Below are positions 49,668 to 59,713 of a DNA stretch of 64,000 nt, piece after piece. The DNA is from Dehalococcoidia bacterium. Lineage in GTDB: Bacteria > Chloroflexota > Dehalococcoidia > Lucifugimonadales > UBA2985. The notes beneath the pieces were generated by a model, which worked only from the letters and a program-made list of their open reading frames with translations, had not been told where the DNA came from and ran no database searches. Position numbers and translations under genes: made by a program. Numbering within the stretch: position 1 is the first letter of the stretch; every line of letters starts with the position of its first letter. The stretch spans positions 713 through 64,712 of the forward strand of contig OZ244924.1 in NCBI GenBank assembly GCA_965221925.1, in the 5' to 3' direction.

Positions 49668-50135
49668 CTATGGGTACTCGTTCACAGGAGTCCGGCCGCG
49701 GGAGGCGCACCAGTCCTCGTAGGAGGGAACCTCCTCGCTTACCACGTACAGGAAGTGGTATGCGCCCATGTCGCCCAGAAAGCGGAACTGCTTTCGCAGG
49801 TCTGACACCGTCTTCTCAAAGTCCCCGTGTGAGCGGAGGTATCCTTGGAAATCGCCATGAAGCTCGGCCAACTCAATCATACGTCGAGAGTTCTCCACGA
49901 TTGACTCGATCTTGCGGCGATTTCTTATGACCCGCCGGTCGTTGGTCAGCTCGTCCAGGTCGCTTTCGCTCAGGTTGGCGACTACGTTGGGGTCGAAGTT
50001 GCGGAACGCCTGCCGGATGTCGGGCCACTTGGACTCCACAACGCGCCAGGAGATGCCCGTCTGGAACACCGACTTGCTCATTGTCTCCAGATAATCGGCA
50101 AGGCTGCTCGGCTCTATCTTCTCGGGTTCCGGCAT
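49668..50135 (-). CDS. DNA-3-methyladenine glycosylase I family protein
   Basis: FQTGISW..V..K....AF.NFDP, IRNRRKI..I..N, K.FRFLG. Confidence 0.85.
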   Translation of the reverse strand: MPEPEKIEPSSLADYLETMSKSVFQTGISWRVVESKWPDIRQAFRNFDPNVVANLSESDLDELTNDRRVIRNRRKIESIVENSRRMIELAELHGDFQGYLRSHGDFEKTVSDLRKQFRFLGDMGAYHFLYVVSEEVPSYEDWCASRGRTPVNEYP

Positions 50136-50211
50136 AGCTACACCTCCTTGAACTTTATGCGGTAGCCCCGGAGTCTCCGGCTGCGCAACCCCAGGGGCAG
50201 ATGGTCGGTAT

Positions 50212-51474
50212 TCAGGTTGCCAGAAGGACCTCCAACTCCTGGGCCGCCTCCTGAATCGGCGCCTCTCGCTGCTCGCCCCTGGACATGTCCCGGAGGATTA
50301 CTGAGCCGTTCTTCATCTCGTCCTCACCAAGGATCAGGGCGTAGGGTACGCCCAGAGAGTTGGTGTACCGCAGCTGCGATTTGAGGCTCCGACCTGCCGG
50401 GGCCAGCACGGCCCCAACTCCCCTGCCCCGCAGCTCGGAAGCCAGGGACATGGCTGTCTCCTTGGCTGCGTCTCCCAGGTGGGCCACCACGACGCTAATG
50501 AAGTCCCCCTCAGGGACGGGCGCCTCCTGCCGCTTGATGTTGAGTATCATGCGCTCCAAGCCCGCGCCAAAGCCGATTCCCGGCGTTGGAGGTCCGCCCA
50601 ACTCCTGGATCAGGCCGTCGTAACGACCTCCGCCGCAGATGTTGCTCTGTCCCCCCTCCTCTGGGGGTTGAATCTCAAAGACGGTCCTGGTGTAGTAGTC
50701 CAGGCCGCGCACCAGTTTGGGCTCCAGCCGGAACGGGATTTCCAGCTTCTGCAGGTAGCTCAACAGCCTCTCCCAGTGGTCACGGCACTCCTGGCAGAGG
50801 CTCTCGACGGTCTGCGGGGCCTCCCGCGCCATGTCCGTGCAGGCGGGCTGCTTGCAGTCGAGCAGTCGCAGGGGGTTGCGTTCCAGCCGCTCTGCGCAGT
50901 CCCGGCAGAGGCGGTCAAGTCGAGAGGCGTAGTATGCCTTGAGGCGCTCCAGGTAGGCCGGCCTGCACTGGGGGTCGCCTATGCTATTGATAAGGAGGGT
51001 GAGGTCTCTGAGTCCCAGGCCCTTCATAAGCTGCCAGGCCATCTCTATGACCTCTGCGTCCACCGACGGGTCGCCGTCGCCCAGGGCCTCCACGCCAAAC
51101 TGGTGATGCTGCCTGAACCGTCCCGCCTGTGGGCGGTCGTAGCGGAAGACCGGGCAGAAGTAGTACATACGGACAGGCTGGGGCAGGTTGCGCATCCCGT
51201 GTTCCAGGTACGCGCGGCAGACGGGGGCCGTACCCTCGGGACGAAGGGCAACGTAGTCGCCTCCCCTGTCCTGGAAGGTGTACATCTCCTTCTCCACAAT
51301 GTCGGTGACCTCGCCCACGCCCCGCACAAACAGGTTGCTATGCTCAAACACGGGCGTGTCCAACCGACCATAGCCGTACCGGCGCGCTATCTCCCTGGCT
51401 TCGGCCTCCACGTAGCGCCAGTATCTCTGCTCTTCAGGCAGAATATCTGCCGTGCCCCTTGGAGCGCGGTACAA
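50212..51474 (-). CDS. hisS: Histidyl-tRNA synthetase
   Basis: PRGT.D, KEMYTF, LRPEGTA, FRYDRPQAGR, RGLDYY, GGGRYDG. Confidence 0.98.
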   Translation of the reverse strand: MYRAPRGTADILPEEQRYWRYVEAEAREIARRYGYGRLDTPVFEHSNLFVRGVGEVTDIVEKEMYTFQDRGGDYVALRPEGTAPVCRAYLEHGMRNLPQPVRMYYFCPVFRYDRPQAGRFRQHHQFGVEALGDGDPSVDAEVIEMAWQLMKGLGLRDLTLLINSIGDPQCRPAYLERLKAYYASRLDRLCRDCAERLERNPLRLLDCKQPACTDMAREAPQTVESLCQECRDHWERLLSYLQKLEIPFRLEPKLVRGLDYYTRTVFEIQPPEEGGQSNICGGGRYDGLIQELGGPPTPGIGFGAGLERMILNIKRQEAPVPEGDFISVVVAHLGDAAKETAMSLASELRGRGVGAVLAPAGRSLKSQLRYTNSLGVPYALILGEDEMKNGSVILRDMSRGEQREAPIQEAAQELEVLLAT

Positions 51475-51665
51475 GACGTGCCTCCTCTTGGCGTTCTGCT
51501 CAGGGGGAAGGATAGCCTATAGCGCGGAGTTTGCCAAGGTGGAGGGATAACCTGGATAATCGCGGCGCGTGGGTGGGGCCTTCGGATAGTTCGTGGCCGG
51601 AAACGCCGCTTGCTGGCATTGCCCGTCTCGGATACAATGAGGAAAGCGTATCGGGGGCCTCCTTA

Positions 51666-51743
51666 GCGCTTGTAGCTCAGTTTGGATAGAGCGCAGCCCT
51701 GCGAAGGCTGAGGCCGTGGGTTCAAGTCCCACCAAGCGCACCA
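51666..51743 (+). tRNA. tRNA-Arg, anticodon GCG
   Basis: Acceptor GCGCTTG/CAAGCGC, anticodon arm CAGCC-CT-GCG-AA-GGCTG, T-loop GTTCAAGTC, encoded CCA. Confidence 0.95.
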
Positions 51744-51865
51744 CCCTGTTTGGAGAGGGAGGTTGAAGCGATTGCTTCGTACCTCCGCCCCGTTGGCGGG
51801 TATAGAGGCCGGCGGCGGGGCGAGCTGCGTAGGTCTGTATAGCGACGGCAGAGCAAGGAGGGAAC

Positions 51866-54151
51866 ATGACTACCACTGAGAATCGGACGACGGAATATCG
51901 GGTTATCGGGACTCGCCCCATCCGCCACGATGGCGTGGACAAGGTCACCGGACGCGCCAGGTACGGCGCCGACGTCATCATGCCCGGGTTGCTCTACGGC
52001 AAAGTCCTCCGCAGCCCTCACGCCCATGCAAGGATAGTAAGCGTAGACGTGAGCAGGGCCGAAGCCCACCCCGGAGTGAGAGCCGTGGTTACGGGCAAGG
52101 ACATGCCTCAGATCACCGGGACTGTGTCCATAGCGGGAGGCGAAGGCGGAGCCATAAACCTCAAGTACTACCGCGAGATGATACTGGCCTCCGAGAAGGC
52201 GCTCTTCAAGGGCCATCCCGTGGCCGTTGTGGCGGCGGACAACCCGCACGTGGCGGAGGAGGCGCTCTCTCTCATAGACGTGAGCTACGAGGTCCTGCCC
52301 CACGTCCTGACGGCGCCGGACGCCATGAAGGAAGACGCTCCGCTCATCCTTGAGGACCTGAGAACCAGGTCCATGGGCCGGATTACCGACAATGCGAGCA
52401 ACGTGGCGGCATACGAGAAGTATACCCTGGGAGACGTGGAGAAGGGGTTTCAGGAGGCGGACGTGGTGGTTGAGCATGAGTTTACCACCCCCACCGTCCA
52501 CCAGGGCTACATTGAGCCGCAGAACGCGACCGTCCTATGGAATCCCGACGGCGAGGTAACGGTCTGGACCAGCAACCAGGGCCCGTTCTACGTGCGCCGC
52601 GCTACGGCGGCGCTCCTTGGCATCGCAGAGTCCCAGGTAAGGGTCATACCCATGGAGATAGGCGGCGGCTTCGGAGGCAAGATACTCTGCTACCTGGAGC
52701 CCCCGGCAGCCCTTCTGTCACGCAAGACGGGGCGTCCGGTTGAGATAGTGATGACCAGGGCCGAGGTGCTGGAGGCCACCGGCCCCACCTCCGGCTCCTA
52801 TATGCGGGTGAAGATAGGGGCAAGCAGCCAGGGGAAAATAACCGCGGCGGAGGCCTTCCTGGCCTTTGAGGCGGGGGCCTTCCCCGGCTCTCCTGTGGGA
52901 GGCGCCGCGCGGTGTATGTTCTCCCCATACAGCATTGAGAACGTGGACATCGACACCTATGACGTGATAGTCAACAAGCCCAAGACCGGGGCGTACCGCG
53001 CCCCCGGCGCCACCCACGGCGCCTTTGCCGTGGAGACGATCATCGATGAGATATGCGGCGCCCTCGGCATCAACCCAATGGAGTTCCGGTTGATGAACGC
53101 CTCCCAGGAAGGGGACAGGCGGGCAGACGGCGTTGTCCACTCCAGAATCGGGAACGTGGAGACCCTACGGGAGGCCGCGGGCAGCGCCCATTGGAACACT
53201 CCCCTGGAAGGGAAGCTCCGCGGCAGGGGGGTGGCCAGCGGCTACTGGGGGAATGGTGGGCTGGAATCCAGCGCCACTCTGAGCGTCAACGCAGACGGAA
53301 CGGTGGGCCAGGTGACGGGCTCGGTGGACATCGGCGGCACACGGGCGGCCACCGCCATGCACGCCGCTGAGGTTCTGGGAATCAGGGCCGAGGACGTCCA
53401 TCCCATAGTGGGTGACACCGGCGCAATCGGCTACACGGCGGTCACCGGCGGCAGCCGTACCGCCTTCGCCACCGGCTGGGCCACCTACGAAGCGGCCCAC
53501 GACGTGCTCCGGAAGATGAAGGAGCGCGCGGCCCTCCTGTGGGAGACCACGGCCGAGCAGGTGGACTTCTCAGATGGGACGTTCAGCCACAAGGCCAATC
53601 CGGAGCAGCGGTTGACCTTCAAGGAGCTGGCGGTCAGGCTCTTGGAGACCGGCGGCCCGATAATCGGCAACGCCTCGGTCAGCCCAAAGGGAGTGGGCGC
53701 GTCCCTCTCCACCCACATCGTAGACGTGGAGGTTGACCCGGAGACGGGGAAGGTGGACATACTCCGGTACACCACCTTCACGGACGTTGGGAAGGCCGTT
53801 CACCCCAGCTACGTGGAGGGGCAGATACAGGGCGGCGTGGCGCAGGGCATTGGGTGGGCCCTGAACGAGGAGTACTTCTACAACTCCCAGGGGCAGATGG
53901 CTAACTCAAGCCTGCTGGACTATCGTATGCCCATCTCCCTGGATCTGCCTATGATAGATGCCGTCCTGGTGGAGGTGCCGAACCCCGGCCATCCCTACGG
54001 AGTGCGGGGTGTTGGAGAGATACCGCTGGTCCCCCCGGTGGCGGCTATCGCAAACGCAATCCACGACGCGGTTGGGATCCGAATGCGCCGTACGCCCATG
54101 TCGCCGGGGCACATTCTGGAGGCCTTATGGGAAGACGGTCCTCGCAGCTGA
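51866..54151 (+). CDS. Xanthine dehydrogenase family molybdopterin-binding subunit
   Basis: KVTGRARY, GGGFGGK, AYRAPG, GGSR, EGQIQGG..QGIG.AL, RGVGE. Confidence 0.93.
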   Translation: MTTTENRTTEYRVIGTRPIRHDGVDKVTGRARYGADVIMPGLLYGKVLRSPHAHARIVSVDVSRAEAHPGVRAVVTGKDMPQITGTVSIAGGEGGAINLKYYREMILASEKALFKGHPVAVVAADNPHVAEEALSLIDVSYEVLPHVLTAPDAMKEDAPLILEDLRTRSMGRITDNASNVAAYEKYTLGDVEKGFQEADVVVEHEFTTPTVHQGYIEPQNATVLWNPDGEVTVWTSNQGPFYVRRATAALLGIAESQVRVIPMEIGGGFGGKILCYLEPPAALLSRKTGRPVEIVMTRAEVLEATGPTSGSYMRVKIGASSQGKITAAEAFLAFEAGAFPGSPVGGAARCMFSPYSIENVDIDTYDVIVNKPKTGAYRAPGATHGAFAVETIIDEICGALGINPMEFRLMNASQEGDRRADGVVHSRIGNVETLREAAGSAHWNTPLEGKLRGRGVASGYWGNGGLESSATLSVNADGTVGQVTGSVDIGGTRAATAMHAAEVLGIRAEDVHPIVGDTGAIGYTAVTGGSRTAFATGWATYEAAHDVLRKMKERAALLWETTAEQVDFSDGTFSHKANPEQRLTFKELAVRLLETGGPIIGNASVSPKGVGASLSTHIVDVEVDPETGKVDILRYTTFTDVGKAVHPSYVEGQIQGGVAQGIGWALNEEYFYNSQGQMANSSLLDYRMPISLDLPMIDAVLVEVPNPGHPYGVRGVGEIPLVPPVAAIANAIHDAVGIRMRRTPMSPGHILEALWEDGPRS

Positions 54152-54239
54152 CGGAGCGACCTTCCTGATCATAACGTCGAAAATCGGCGGAAGTGACTGT
54201 ATTCTGGGGCTTTGCTTCTCAATACGTAGGAGGAATAAC

Positions 54240-56930
54240 ATGGTACAGGTACAGACGGAGACGGTTGCCAGACCCCAATCCCTGGCGGGAATCAGAGTCT
54301 TGGACTTCACTTGGGTACGCGCTGGCCCGTGGGGCTGCCGCTGGCTTGGGACGCTGGGCGCAGAGGTCATCAAGGTGGAGTGGCCCCAGAACCCCGACAT
54401 GATAAGGAACCCCGGCCTGATGAGCCTCCCGGGCGTTGAACCCAGCCTGAACTCCAACTACATGTTCAACGACACCAATGCCAACAAGCTGGGCATAACC
54501 CTCAACGTCCGCTCCGAGAAGGGCATGGGGCTTCTCAGGCGCCTGATAGCGGTGTCCGACGCCATCGTTGAGAACTACAGCTCCCGCGTCCTCCAGGGCT
54601 GGGGGCTGCCCTACGAGGAGTTGGCCAAGATCAACCCGGGGATCATCTACGTCTCCCAGGCCGGGTTCGGCCACACGGGACGTAACCACCACTACCAGAC
54701 AATGGGGCCGGTGGCTCAGGCCCTCTCCGGGCTGACCCACCTTTCCGGCCTCCCCGGCGAGGAGCCCGCCGGCTGGGGCTGGTCCTACCTGGACGATACC
54801 GGAGGCATGTACACGGCTATGGCCGTCCTAACCGCCCTCAACCATCGCAACACGACCGGGTCGGGCCAGCACGTAGACCTTTCTCAGATGATGCTGGGCA
54901 TTCCCCTCAACGGCTCCGCCCTGCTGGACGCCACCGTCAACGGCAGAAGCCTGAGCCGCGAAGGGTTCCCGCCGGGAAACAGGGCCCACTGGCCCGGTAC
55001 TCCCCTCCTCCACAACTACCGCGGCCCCACGGTGGCCCCCCACAACGCCTACCGAACCAAGGGCGGCGGTTACTACGATTGGTGCGCCATAGCCTGCTTC
55101 TCCGGCGAGGAGTGGCGCAGGCTTGTCCAGGTAATGGGGTCGCCCGACTGGGCTGCGGACGACAGATTCTCCACCGTCCGGGGCCGTCTCATGGACCAGG
55201 AAGAGTTGGACCGGGGAATCGAGGCGTGGACACTCACTCTGGAGCGGTACGAGATAATGGAGCTCTGCCAGGCCGCGGGCGTCCGAGCCATGCCCGTCCA
55301 GAGCAACAAGGACCGGGTGGCGAACGACCCTCAGCTTAGACATCGGGATATGTACACAGAGCTGGACCATCCCATCCTGGGACGCCACAGTTTCCAGAAC
55401 GCCCCCTTCAAGCTCTCGGAGTCGCCCGCTTTCAACCATATGCCCGCGCCGCTCATCGGCCAGCACAACCGCCAGGTGTTCGAGGGGCTGCTTGGCCTCT
55501 CCCACGATGAGCTGGTTGCAGGCTACGAGGATGGCACCTTCTGGCCCCCCACTATGGCCCGCTACCCGTACGTGGATGAGATCATCCAGGCGGGGCCGCT
55601 GAAGCCCGAAGAGAGCCTTTGCGCGGTCCAGGCGGGGTCTTCTTCCGGCGACCCCCAGGGAGGCCCCGTTACCTACGACCACGGCGCACTGGCCGGCCTG
55701 CGAGTCCTGGAGCTGTCCGACGAGAAGGGCCAGTGGGCAGGCAAGCTCATGGCCGACCTGGGCGCCGACCTCGTCAAGATAGAGCCCCCGGGCGGAGAGG
55801 GAACGCGGTCGGTGGGCCCCTTCTACCAGGACCTGCCCCACCGCGAGCGGAGCCTCTCCTTCTGGCACTACAACACGTCCAAGCGCGGCATTACCCTGAA
55901 CCTTGAGTCGGAGGACGGCCGGCGTCTGTTCAAACGGCTGGCGGAGAAGGCGGACGTGATTCTGGAGACCTTCCGGCCCGGCTACATGGACTCCCTGGGC
56001 CTTGGATACCGTGAGTTGAAGGAAGACAACCCGCGCCTGATTATGTGCTCCCTGACGCCGTTCGGCCAGACCGGCCCCTGGAAGGACTTTGCCTCCAGCG
56101 ACCTGATCCACCTGGCCGCCGGAGGCCAGATGGGCTGCTGCGGCTACAATGAAGAGGACGTGGATGACCCGCCACCCATCGCCGGGGGCGGGGGCCAGGC
56201 CTGGCACATGGGGTGCCACTACGCTTACATGGGGGTCATGGCCGCATTGAACTACAGGGTCGCCACGGGCAAGGGCCAGTACATAGACGCATCCGTCCAC
56301 GAGGCCTGCGCCCTGACCACGGAGATGCACGTAATCACCTACATCTACACCGGCGAGGAGGTGCGGCGCAACACCGGACGCCACGCCTCTTCGGCCAGCG
56401 GCTTCACGCAGCCCAAGAGTCAGCTGCGCTGCAAGGACGGAAAGTACGTGAACGCGTCGCTGCCGCCTCTGCGACTCACGCCTGCGCAGGTCAAGACGCT
56501 GGGCGAGTGGATGGATAGCTACGGCATGGCCGGCGACCTGCTGGACGAGAAGTACCAGGACCCGGAGGCGATCCGGGAGAACGGACTGCACATACACGGG
56601 CTGTTCGTCCAGTTCGTTGCCAGCCTCACCCAGGACGAGGTGTACCACGGCGGCCAGGAGCGCGGCTTTACGTGGGGGGCCATACGGAACCCTGACAACC
56701 TGATCGATGACGGGCATCTCCACGACCGGGGTTTCTGGACAGAGGTGGAGCACCCCGACCTGGGCCGTACCCTCACCTACCCCGGGCCGGCCGGGATCTA
56801 CAACGGCTCGCCGTGGCGCATCTCCCGGAGGGCTCCCCTGATTGGGGAGCATAACGAGGAGATTATATGTGGAGAGCTGGGCCTGTCCAAAGCTGAGCTA
56901 GCCGTTCTGGCTGAAGGGGGCGTGGTTTAG
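54240..56930 (+). CDS. Class III CoA-transferase with two fused CaiB/BaiF domains
   Basis: LAGIRVLDF/LAGLRVLEL, LGAEVIKVE/LGADLVKIE and APLIGQHN/APLIGEHN each occur twice; ATG 54240. Confidence 0.92.
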   Translation: MVQVQTETVARPQSLAGIRVLDFTWVRAGPWGCRWLGTLGAEVIKVEWPQNPDMIRNPGLMSLPGVEPSLNSNYMFNDTNANKLGITLNVRSEKGMGLLRRLIAVSDAIVENYSSRVLQGWGLPYEELAKINPGIIYVSQAGFGHTGRNHHYQTMGPVAQALSGLTHLSGLPGEEPAGWGWSYLDDTGGMYTAMAVLTALNHRNTTGSGQHVDLSQMMLGIPLNGSALLDATVNGRSLSREGFPPGNRAHWPGTPLLHNYRGPTVAPHNAYRTKGGGYYDWCAIACFSGEEWRRLVQVMGSPDWAADDRFSTVRGRLMDQEELDRGIEAWTLTLERYEIMELCQAAGVRAMPVQSNKDRVANDPQLRHRDMYTELDHPILGRHSFQNAPFKLSESPAFNHMPAPLIGQHNRQVFEGLLGLSHDELVAGYEDGTFWPPTMARYPYVDEIIQAGPLKPEESLCAVQAGSSSGDPQGGPVTYDHGALAGLRVLELSDEKGQWAGKLMADLGADLVKIEPPGGEGTRSVGPFYQDLPHRERSLSFWHYNTSKRGITLNLESEDGRRLFKRLAEKADVILETFRPGYMDSLGLGYRELKEDNPRLIMCSLTPFGQTGPWKDFASSDLIHLAAGGQMGCCGYNEEDVDDPPPIAGGGGQAWHMGCHYAYMGVMAALNYRVATGKGQYIDASVHEACALTTEMHVITYIYTGEEVRRNTGRHASSASGFTQPKSQLRCKDGKYVNASLPPLRLTPAQVKTLGEWMDSYGMAGDLLDEKYQDPEAIRENGLHIHGLFVQFVASLTQDEVYHGGQERGFTWGAIRNPDNLIDDGHLHDRGFWTEVEHPDLGRTLTYPGPAGIYNGSPWRISRRAPLIGEHNEEIICGELGLSKAELAVLAEGGVV

Positions 56931-57002
56931 ACTGCAACAAGGCAGGCAGGCAATGGCGGCGACCTTCTGACGGACGATGCCGTGGCCGGAGTCGCCGTCG
57001 TT

Positions 57003-57497
57003 GCTTCTGTTGCATTTGCGGGGTATGAACCTGGAGGACGTTCTGTGGCGATGCCACGAAGCCCAAAAGCATATAGACCAGAAAGGAGGAGGATCCATGG
57101 CTAGAGGCGCAAGCAGACCATCTAGGAGCGGGGGGGTGGGCGCGAAACGCCCAGCACCTAAAGGACAGATAAAATCGGGCAAGACCGTGCAGTATGCGGT
57201 GAAAGATGCCAACGGCAACACCAAGTATGTCGGCACAACCAATAACCCGACCAAACGTGCGGCCGAACATCAGCAGACCGGCAAACTGACGGGCAGCGAC
57301 AAACTCGTGGTTCAAACGAGGGCTATCCCAAGGAAGGCGGCCGAAAGCGTGGAGGCAGCCAAGATAGCTGCCCATCGCAAGGCCACCGGGGCCAATCCCC
57401 AGCACAACGCTACCCCGGATGGCAAATACCACAAGGCCTAGAACCCACCCGCCACAGAACGCCCTCCAGGTTCATACCCAGCAAATGCAACAGAACC
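57003..57497. mobile_element. Non-autonomous IS6-type cassette carrying a GIY-YIG gene
   Basis: 48-bp inverted repeats (57003-57050, 57450-57497; 45/48 identical) starting G(G/C)TTCTGTTGCA; 8-bp direct repeat CCGTCGTT on both sides. Confidence 0.85.
57097..57441 (+). CDS. Minimal GIY-YIG nuclease family protein (114 aa)
   Basis: VQY...KYVGTTNN..KR..EH, later E and PQHN; strong RBS AAAGGAGGAGG. Confidence 0.78.
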   Translation: MARGASRPSRSGGVGAKRPAPKGQIKSGKTVQYAVKDANGNTKYVGTTNNPTKRAAEHQQTGKLTGSDKLVVQTRAIPRKAAESVEAAKIAAHRKATGANPQHNATPDGKYHKA

Positions 57498-57589
57498 CCG
57501 TCGTTGCTTTGGCCCATCGGGCGCGCCGGTTAGCGGGGCTTCTCTGTGGGCGCTGGTTATGCCAACATTGGTTGGAGCGCCACTCCCGT

Positions 57590-57724
57590 TCCGCTCACGC
57601 CCTTCGACATGCTCAGAGCCTGCCCCGTACTTGATACGGGGATGAGCGGAGCAACCTTTCCCGTTCGTGGTGAGCTTAGTTCCCTTGCCCGTTCGTGGTG
57701 AGCTTGTCGAACCATATGAGCGGG
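57590..57724. repeat. REP-like cluster
   Basis: CCCTTCGACATGCTCAGAGC, CCCCGTACTTGATACGGGG and two CCCGTTCGTGGTGAGCTT arms. Confidence 0.8.
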
Positions 57725-57769
57725 GAGGCCAACGGCACAGCGCCAACTCGGTACAACGCGTAAGCGCCG

Positions 57770-58705
57770 TTACCACCAGATCTTGTTCTCTACGCTGTCC
57801 TTCAGCTCCGTGAAGTCCTTGGTCCACAGGGAGGTGCTCAGGTACTTCCAGCCGCCGTCCGCCAGCAGGCAGACGATGTTCCCGCTCTCCATTCGCTCCG
57901 CCAGCCTCACGGCGCAGCACACCACCGACCCGGAGGAGATGCCCGCGAATATCCCCTCCTTCTGCATCAGCTCCCGCGTAGCGCGGAAGGCCTCCCTGCT
58001 CTCAATCATTATCCGGCTGTCCAGTAGCGAGAGGTCCAGGATGGGCGGTATGAACCCCTCCTCCAGGCTTCGGAGTCCCTGGATCACGTCGTCCGGATGG
58101 GGGACCACCGCCACTATCTTTATGTCCGGGTTGTACTCATTGAGCCGTCGTCCCACGCCCATGAGTGTGCCGCCCGTGCCCAGGCCGGCGACAAATACAT
58201 TGACGTCGGGGAGGTCCTGGATTATCTCCCTGCCGGTGGTCTCGTAGTGGGCGCGAGGGTTGGCCTCGTTTCCGTACTGGTAGGGCATGAAGTAGGAGTC
58301 GTCCTTGGCCGCCATCTCCTCCGCCACCACAATGGCTCCATTGGTGCCTTTGGCGCCGTCACTGAACACAATCTCCGCCCCGTAGGCCAGCAGCAGCTGC
58401 GTCCTCTCGGCGCTGACGTTCTCAGGCATGACCACCTTCACGCGGTAGCCCTTGCGCTTGGCGATGAAAGCCAGGGCTATGCCCGTGTTGCCGCTGGTGG
58501 GTTCCAGTATGGTCTTGTCGTGGGTGAGCGTCCCATCGGCCTCCGCCCGATCGATCATGTACTTGGCAATGCGATCCTTGAGGCTCCCCGTGGGGTTGCT
58601 GCCCTCCAGCTTGGCGAATATGTGGACGTCCTCCTTGGGACTCATCCGGGTTAGCTCCACCATTGGCGTGTTGCCAATGGTGTCGAGGATGTCTCTCCTG
58701 GTCAT
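57770..58705 (-). CDS. cysM: PLP-dependent cysteine synthase (CysM-like)
   Basis: IGNTP.V.L, KLEG.NPTGSLKDR, EPTSGNTG, GLGTGGT, DGGWKYLST. Confidence 0.88.
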   Translation of the reverse strand: MTRRDILDTIGNTPMVELTRMSPKEDVHIFAKLEGSNPTGSLKDRIAKYMIDRAEADGTLTHDKTILEPTSGNTGIALAFIAKRKGYRVKVVMPENVSAERTQLLLAYGAEIVFSDGAKGTNGAIVVAEEMAAKDDSYFMPYQYGNEANPRAHYETTGREIIQDLPDVNVFVAGLGTGGTLMGVGRRLNEYNPDIKIVAVVPHPDDVIQGLRSLEEGFIPPILDLSLLDSRIMIESREAFRATRELMQKEGIFAGISSGSVVCCAVRLAERMESGNIVCLLADGGWKYLSTSLWTKDFTELKDSVENKIWW

Positions 58706-58742
58706 AGCTGCCTGTCCCAATCTTCCCTGGCGCGCAAGTCTC

Positions 58743-59576
58743 TCAGCCCTGGACGGCAGAAACGGGCTCTTGCAGCCCGCAAAAGACCTCGTAGTCGATC
58801 AGCTCGTGGACGGTCGGGTTGTCGCCGCACAGGGGGCACTTGGTATTGCGCCGCAGCTTCACCGTGCGAAACTCCATGCTCAGCGCGTCGATGAGCAGCA
58901 GCCGTCCGACCAGGGGCTCGCCTGCGCCCAGGATCAGCTTGATGGTCTCCGTTGCCTGGATGCTCCCCACCATGCCGGGGAGCGCTCCCAGTACGCCCGC
59001 CTCGGCGCAGCTGGGCACCGCCCCGGGGGGCGGGGGCGTGGGGAAGAGGCAGCGATAGCACCCGCTTCCGGGGATGAACACGCTGGCCTGCCCGTCGAAC
59101 AGCAGGATGCTGCCGTCCACCAGCGGCTTGCCGGACAGATACGCCGCATCGTTCACCAGATACCGGGCTGCGAAGTTGTCCGCCCCGTTCACAACTATGT
59201 CATACTGGGAGATTATCTCCATAGCGTTCTCAGAGGTAAGGGGCGCCTCATGGCCCACCACCTTGACGTCTGAGTTGTATTCGGCAAGGGTCTGCTGGGC
59301 GGACAGGACCTTTGGCCTGCCTATGTCGTGCTCATGGTGAAGTATCTGGCGCTGGAGGTTGCTCACCTCCACCACGTCGAAGTCCACGATGCCCAGAGTG
59401 CCCACGCCTGCCAGGCAAAGGTACAGGGCTACGGGAGAGCCGAGGCCTCCGGCCCCTACAATCAGGACCTTTGCCTCCAGAAGGCTCCTCTGTCCCCTGC
59501 TCCCCACCTGGGGCATGATGATATGCCGGCTGTATCGCCTCACCTGATCGGGTGTTAGCGCTGTAGTCTGTGTCAT
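58743..59576 (-). CDS. moeB: ThiF/MoeB family adenylyltransferase
   Basis: RYSRH, GAGGLG, SNLQRQ, DNF..RY, CYRC and CPLC zinc sites. Confidence 0.92.
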   Translation of the reverse strand: MTQTTALTPDQVRRYSRHIIMPQVGSRGQRSLLEAKVLIVGAGGLGSPVALYLCLAGVGTLGIVDFDVVEVSNLQRQILHHEHDIGRPKVLSAQQTLAEYNSDVKVVGHEAPLTSENAMEIISQYDIVVNGADNFAARYLVNDAAYLSGKPLVDGSILLFDGQASVFIPGSGCYRCLFPTPPPPGAVPSCAEAGVLGALPGMVGSIQATETIKLILGAGEPLVGRLLLIDALSMEFRTVKLRRNTKCPLCGDNPTVHELIDYEVFCGLQEPVSAVQG

Positions 59577-59713
59577 TGGCAAGCCCTCCTTGCTATTGCG
59601 GTCGCTTGAGCCGGACGCCCTACTCCCGCTTTACAGTTTACAATACAAAGGCCCCGCGCTCCACCCTCCTAGGGCAGGCCGTAGCGGGGCATGGCTTCCA
59701 CCGGGGACCGATG

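Noticed and set aside
51666-51800. tRNA-Arg as the attachment site of an integrated element
   Set aside because: No duplicated tRNA 3' end and no integrase seen in the window
51866-54151. Aerobic CO dehydrogenase (form I CoxL)
   Set aside because: Active-site loop is AYRAPG, not AYxCSFR, and coxS/coxM are not adjacent
53958-54239. N-terminal extensions in the ORF track (also 117, 2866, 4730, 13292, 27716, 47661, 56977)
   Set aside because: They overlap neighbouring genes or repeats; downstream starts with RBS match the family N-termini
54828-56852. Long antisense ORFs (also 38370..40343, 11227..12744, 6609..7643, 31583..32728)
   Set aside because: Shadow frames opposite well-supported genes in GC-rich DNA, with no recognisable motifs
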